From Cytophagaceae bacterium (GTDB taxonomy: Bacteria > Bacteroidota > Bacteroidia > Cytophagales > Spirosomataceae): a stretch of DNA of 57,330 bases. The position numbers were made by a program, and so were the translations under genes. The stretch spans positions 1-57,330 of the forward strand of contig CANKVC010000001.1 of assembly GCA_947486835.1 (NCBI GenBank), in the 5' to 3' direction. Below the pieces are notes generated by a model. That model was not told the origin of the DNA, made no database searches, and saw only the letters and a program-made list of their open reading frames with translations. Positions 53,101 through 57,330 of this stretch are shown in pieces; position 1 is the stretch's first letter; each line of letters opens with the position of its first letter.

Positions 53101-53477
53101 ATCGTCATGACCGAAAAAAGACCATAGTCCTGAAGAATTTGTTGCAAGGCAATTTGCGCCCGTCTTGAAATTTCTTCTTTACTTATCGATTCACCAGAAA
53201 TATTTAAATCTTGATGAATGGTGTCAACAATCGTTGAAAACTGACCCACTTGATCTTGAGAATAATTTATAAATAAAGGATATTCAGAAATACCCGTTAA
53301 ATATTCAATAATACGAGTACGCATCTCTTCAGCTGCTTTTATCGTAAATGTTACCGCCAAAATCCTTCGAAAGTATCCTCTTTTATCCACTTCCTGAAGA
53401 GCTAATTTAATATACTCAAGGGTCAAGGTATATGTTTTTCCAGAACCGGCAGAAGCAGAATACAATAGAATACTCAT
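50145..53477 (-). CDS. UvrD/AddA-like helicase with C-terminal PD-(D/E)XK nuclease
   Basis: ASAGSGKT, TFTIKAA, TIDSF, IDEFQDTS, VGDPKQSIYKFRG, NFRS, IHKSKGLE, LYVGATRA, RPDR...IDFKSG. Confidence 0.92.
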   Translation of the reverse strand: MSILLYSASAGSGKTYTLTLEYIKLALQEVDKRGYFRRILAVTFTIKAAEEMRTRIIEYLTGISEYPLFINYSQDQVGQFSTIVDTIHQDLNISGESISKEEISRRAQIALQQILQDYGLFSVMTIDSFVQRLSTSFVEELNLPSQFEVILDSNKLIKDLIDQLMEKVNLHGDPHLTELILDYARNEVIEGRNWNLIRSGFHQYLKICLQEDFLKVQDHIRSFSITDFITIENQIFQFISTIQNELKEIAEKIIVLVESIQVDDSEFARGAKGPINFFRKFSLNPELEPNKFTYIKDAYSSGKWYSASSSPLSKVQIDGIADQLSILSQSFVDIHEEVINKYSLLQLIKKDIKKIALLSTVVDELSIYQAENNAVSISEFSKKIYEVISQDPVPFIYEKLGDRYFHILIDEFQDTSILQWQNFMPLIENSVSINKRNLLVGDPKQSIYKFRGGEVGLIASMTNNNSDLLGDKLGSNELDQFRYDYLLSNTENISLINNFRSASEVVEFNNKFFDFIANNSSYQAYSSLLSPIYGANMKQNPKLNPNKGKGFVDVVILNSASNDSPSKVSDSTMMLDVCIDQIKQSISKGFSYKDIAILTRKNKDSKFIAIQLKELGFPVISSDSLLVHYSSIVGFIHTFMKLANNPDQFTLHELLFQFNQLVGQTETINENISNVKGDYLRHCIEFFNAHSIKLDSSKLNDSLLVPFVYYLIDQFNLFAHKEGTEYLFKYLDILNEFSLLKSNSISEFLDYYEDNKSSFCIASPDHLNAITISSIHKSKGLEYPIVIIPFASWSHQVGSEKIWYDLKNLAYDELSVAENKNLAHFYSKVNAKNLIGFDDLTEQSQHEKEAVFLDALNMLYVGATRARLHLHLIVAKPSEDAHGTTKAIFNVSIGDFLCKMAEKEGRLIHHESYLLSNTYAECVSHYVFSEDQIPECISKSLGLEYDGKLVDIQSSLFEIPQIRVDSSHSDMFTLADKKREKGNILHDCLAKLKGINDWRLNYASSISSNSFEYRDDINDILEDEKISDFFIDDELLFVESDILCPDGSVFRPDRVINKDGHVFIIDFKSGKRSDQHKMQLGNYCQILHEMGFNNPKGVLIYLSERDVVYV

Positions 53478-53512
53478 AGAAATTCAAAAAATAAATTGTT
53501 TATGCAAGATAA

Positions 53513-55237
<1,725 letters not shown>

Positions 55238-55242
55238 TATTT

Positions 55243-57066
55243 ATGGATAAGAATTCAGTTACAGGAATCGTATTAATCATGGCAATGCTATTGGGCTATC
55301 AATATTTTTTTGCGCCCAAAGAACCCATTGAAAATCCAAAAGCAAAAATTGAAGCTTCATCGCCAAAAAAGAAAGCTATTGTTCAATCAAATGCTGATTC
55401 AACAGCTAAGGCAATCAATGTAGCTACAGTAGATACTTCAATTAAGGAAGAATTAAGCATTTTAGAAAACAACGAAATAAAGATTGTTACTTCTAATTTG
55501 GGAGCTCGGATTATTTCGGTCCAACTAAAGAATTTCAAAAGTTATAAAAACTATCAGGCTAATAACCCAACGGGATTATACATTTTTGACTCTAAAAAAG
55601 ATGTATTCAATGTAGAAATACCTACTCTTTCAGCTAAAATAAATTTGAATGCCTTAGCATATACCCTAGAGAAAAAAGATGGGGAAATTTATTACACATC
55701 GGTTTTGCCAACAGGTAAAAAAATAAAAGTAAAATATAAATTAGCCGATAAAGGGTACCAACTTGGATATGGCATAGATGTTAGAGAAATATCGGATCAA
55801 ATTTCAGGCAACGAATATCAAATTCATTGGAAGGAAAACATCTTACAAAATGAAAAAGATATCAATGAAGAAAGAAAAGCAACGATCAATTACCTAATCA
55901 CCGAAGATGAAGAATTTGATAATTTATCAGAAAACCCTTCGTCTATTGAAACAGATAATATATTAAAACCTACAGATTGGATTGCATTTAAAAAGAAATA
56001 TTTTTTAACTGGATTGGTTCCTGAAGGATCAAAATTTGTAAAAGCTTCGATCACATCCACTCCGAATTTAACTGATTCAATTTACATTAAGACATTAGAT
56101 GCACAAATTACGGGATCCACACAGGATTTAAAATCAGGCAAATCAAACTTTAATTTTTACTTTGGTCCTAATGATTATTCCATCGTAAAAACCATAGCAC
56201 CTTCTTTTGGAAAAAATGTTAAGTTAAGCTATGATTTTTTATTACCGATCACTAGATACATATTTGTACCCCTATTTGAATTTCTTGAAAGCATATTTTC
56301 AAACTACGGTTTACTAATTATCATATTGGTTTTAATCATCAAAACTGCCCTATTGCCATTGACATATAAATCATATGTGTCTATGGCAAAAACCAGAATT
56401 TTAGCTCCTGAAATAGCCGCTATCAAAGAAAAGATAGGTGATGATGCAGCAAAAGTCCAACAAGAAACCATGAAACTTTATGGTGAAGTGGGAGTAAATC
56501 CATTGAGTGGCTGTGTTCCTGTATTAGCTACCATGCCCGTTTTAATGGCCGTGTTTATGCTATTCCCTAATTTGATCAATCTGAGGCAAGAATCATTTCT
56601 ATGGGCGGAAGATTTGTCAACCTTCGATTCCATTGTTTCATTGCCATTTACAATTCCATTTTACGGATCTCATGTAAGTTTATTTTGTTTATTGATGACA
56701 GTATCCCAATTGGCCTATGGGTATTACAATAATCAAATTACACCTGACCAACCAGGACAGCCAATCAACATGAAAATGATGGCCTATTTCACGCCAGTGA
56801 TTTTCATGTTTGTCATGAATTCATTTCCTGCTGGATTAAGTTTTTATTATTTCATTTCTAATTTAGTGACGATAGGCCAACAATTAGCCATTAGAAAATT
56901 TGTGAATGAAGATAAAATCAAATTGATCTTAGACGAAAACAGAAAGAAAATTGCAGCTAGTGGTGGAGCTAAAAAATCTCGTTTTTCTCAGTACTTACAA
57001 ACACAAATGAAAACGATGGAAGAGACGCAGAAGAACGCTAAAAATACGCCTAAAAAGAAAAAGTAA
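55243..57066 (+). CDS. yidC: Membrane protein insertase YidC
   Basis: MDKNSVTG N-terminal TM, periplasmic domain, YFGPN, GVNPLSGC, LRQESFLWAEDLS, PAGLSFYY, basic tail. Confidence 0.96.
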   Translation: MDKNSVTGIVLIMAMLLGYQYFFAPKEPIENPKAKIEASSPKKKAIVQSNADSTAKAINVATVDTSIKEELSILENNEIKIVTSNLGARIISVQLKNFKSYKNYQANNPTGLYIFDSKKDVFNVEIPTLSAKINLNALAYTLEKKDGEIYYTSVLPTGKKIKVKYKLADKGYQLGYGIDVREISDQISGNEYQIHWKENILQNEKDINEERKATINYLITEDEEFDNLSENPSSIETDNILKPTDWIAFKKKYFLTGLVPEGSKFVKASITSTPNLTDSIYIKTLDAQITGSTQDLKSGKSNFNFYFGPNDYSIVKTIAPSFGKNVKLSYDFLLPITRYIFVPLFEFLESIFSNYGLLIIILVLIIKTALLPLTYKSYVSMAKTRILAPEIAAIKEKIGDDAAKVQQETMKLYGEVGVNPLSGCVPVLATMPVLMAVFMLFPNLINLRQESFLWAEDLSTFDSIVSLPFTIPFYGSHVSLFCLLMTVSQLAYGYYNNQITPDQPGQPINMKMMAYFTPVIFMFVMNSFPAGLSFYYFISNLVTIGQQLAIRKFVNEDKIKLILDENRKKIAASGGAKKSRFSQYLQTQMKTMEETQKNAKNTPKKKK

Positions 57067-57330
57067 ATGACGAATTTAAGTTCTATTTATTTTGAACAAG
57101 CTAAAAAATTAATCCCAGGGGGAGTCAACTCCCCTGTTAGAGCATTTAAGTCCGTAGGTGGTAATCCAATTTTCATTAAATCAGCCAAAGGCGCTTATTT
57201 GCATGATGTAGATGGCAATTCGTATATTGATTTAATAGGTTCTTGGGGGCCTATGTTATTTGGTCAAGCTCACCCAGACATAGAAGATGCGGTAAGAAAT
57301 GCATTAGCCAACGGATTTTCATTTGGCGCT
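57067..57330 (+). CDS. hemL: Glutamate-1-semialdehyde 2,1-aminomutase, 3' end outside window
   Basis: Not in ORF track. [32 protein letters not shown]...[20 protein letters not shown]...SFGA. Confidence 0.95.
   Translation, partial: MTNLSSIYFEQAKKLIPGGVNSPVRAFKSVGGNPIFIKSAKGAYLHDVDGNSYIDLIGSWGPMLFGQAHPDIEDAVRNALANGFSFGA

Overview
AT-rich, densely packed housekeeping region of a Bacteroidota chromosome. TAnnTTTG -7 promoter boxes, the miaB-bEBP-lptE-secG-groESL block and a TamL-type Omp85 lipoprotein suggest a streamlined Cytophagales-like organism (inference). It holds about 46 CDS (including gltBD, purC, split transketolase, sucC, miaB, groESL, sufB, asnC, pgi, hisS, lepA, PDH E2, hisGDC, CASDH/nspC, an AddA-like helicase, pyrG, yidC and partial hemL) and four ordinary tRNAs. 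I saw no CRISPR array, prophage or IS element. Four things stand out. (1) A separately transcribed 146-nt tRNA-like RNA at 32620-32765 has an Asp GUC anticodon, G73, encoded CCA, a U1:A72 pair, U37 and a 74-nt variable domain. It lies divergent from an AsnC orthologue, where E. coli has asnA, and is a candidate RNA scaffold for tRNA-dependent asparagine synthesis or sensing. (2) An otherwise intact gltB has one in-frame UGA exactly at the first [3Fe-4S] Cys ligand. (3) A putative sigma-54 circuit links a sensor-less activator, a shared TG(A/C)CA-N3-T(G/T)TCA box and groESL. (4) A 47-aa highly basic ORF missing from the ORF track has its own promoter and terminator.
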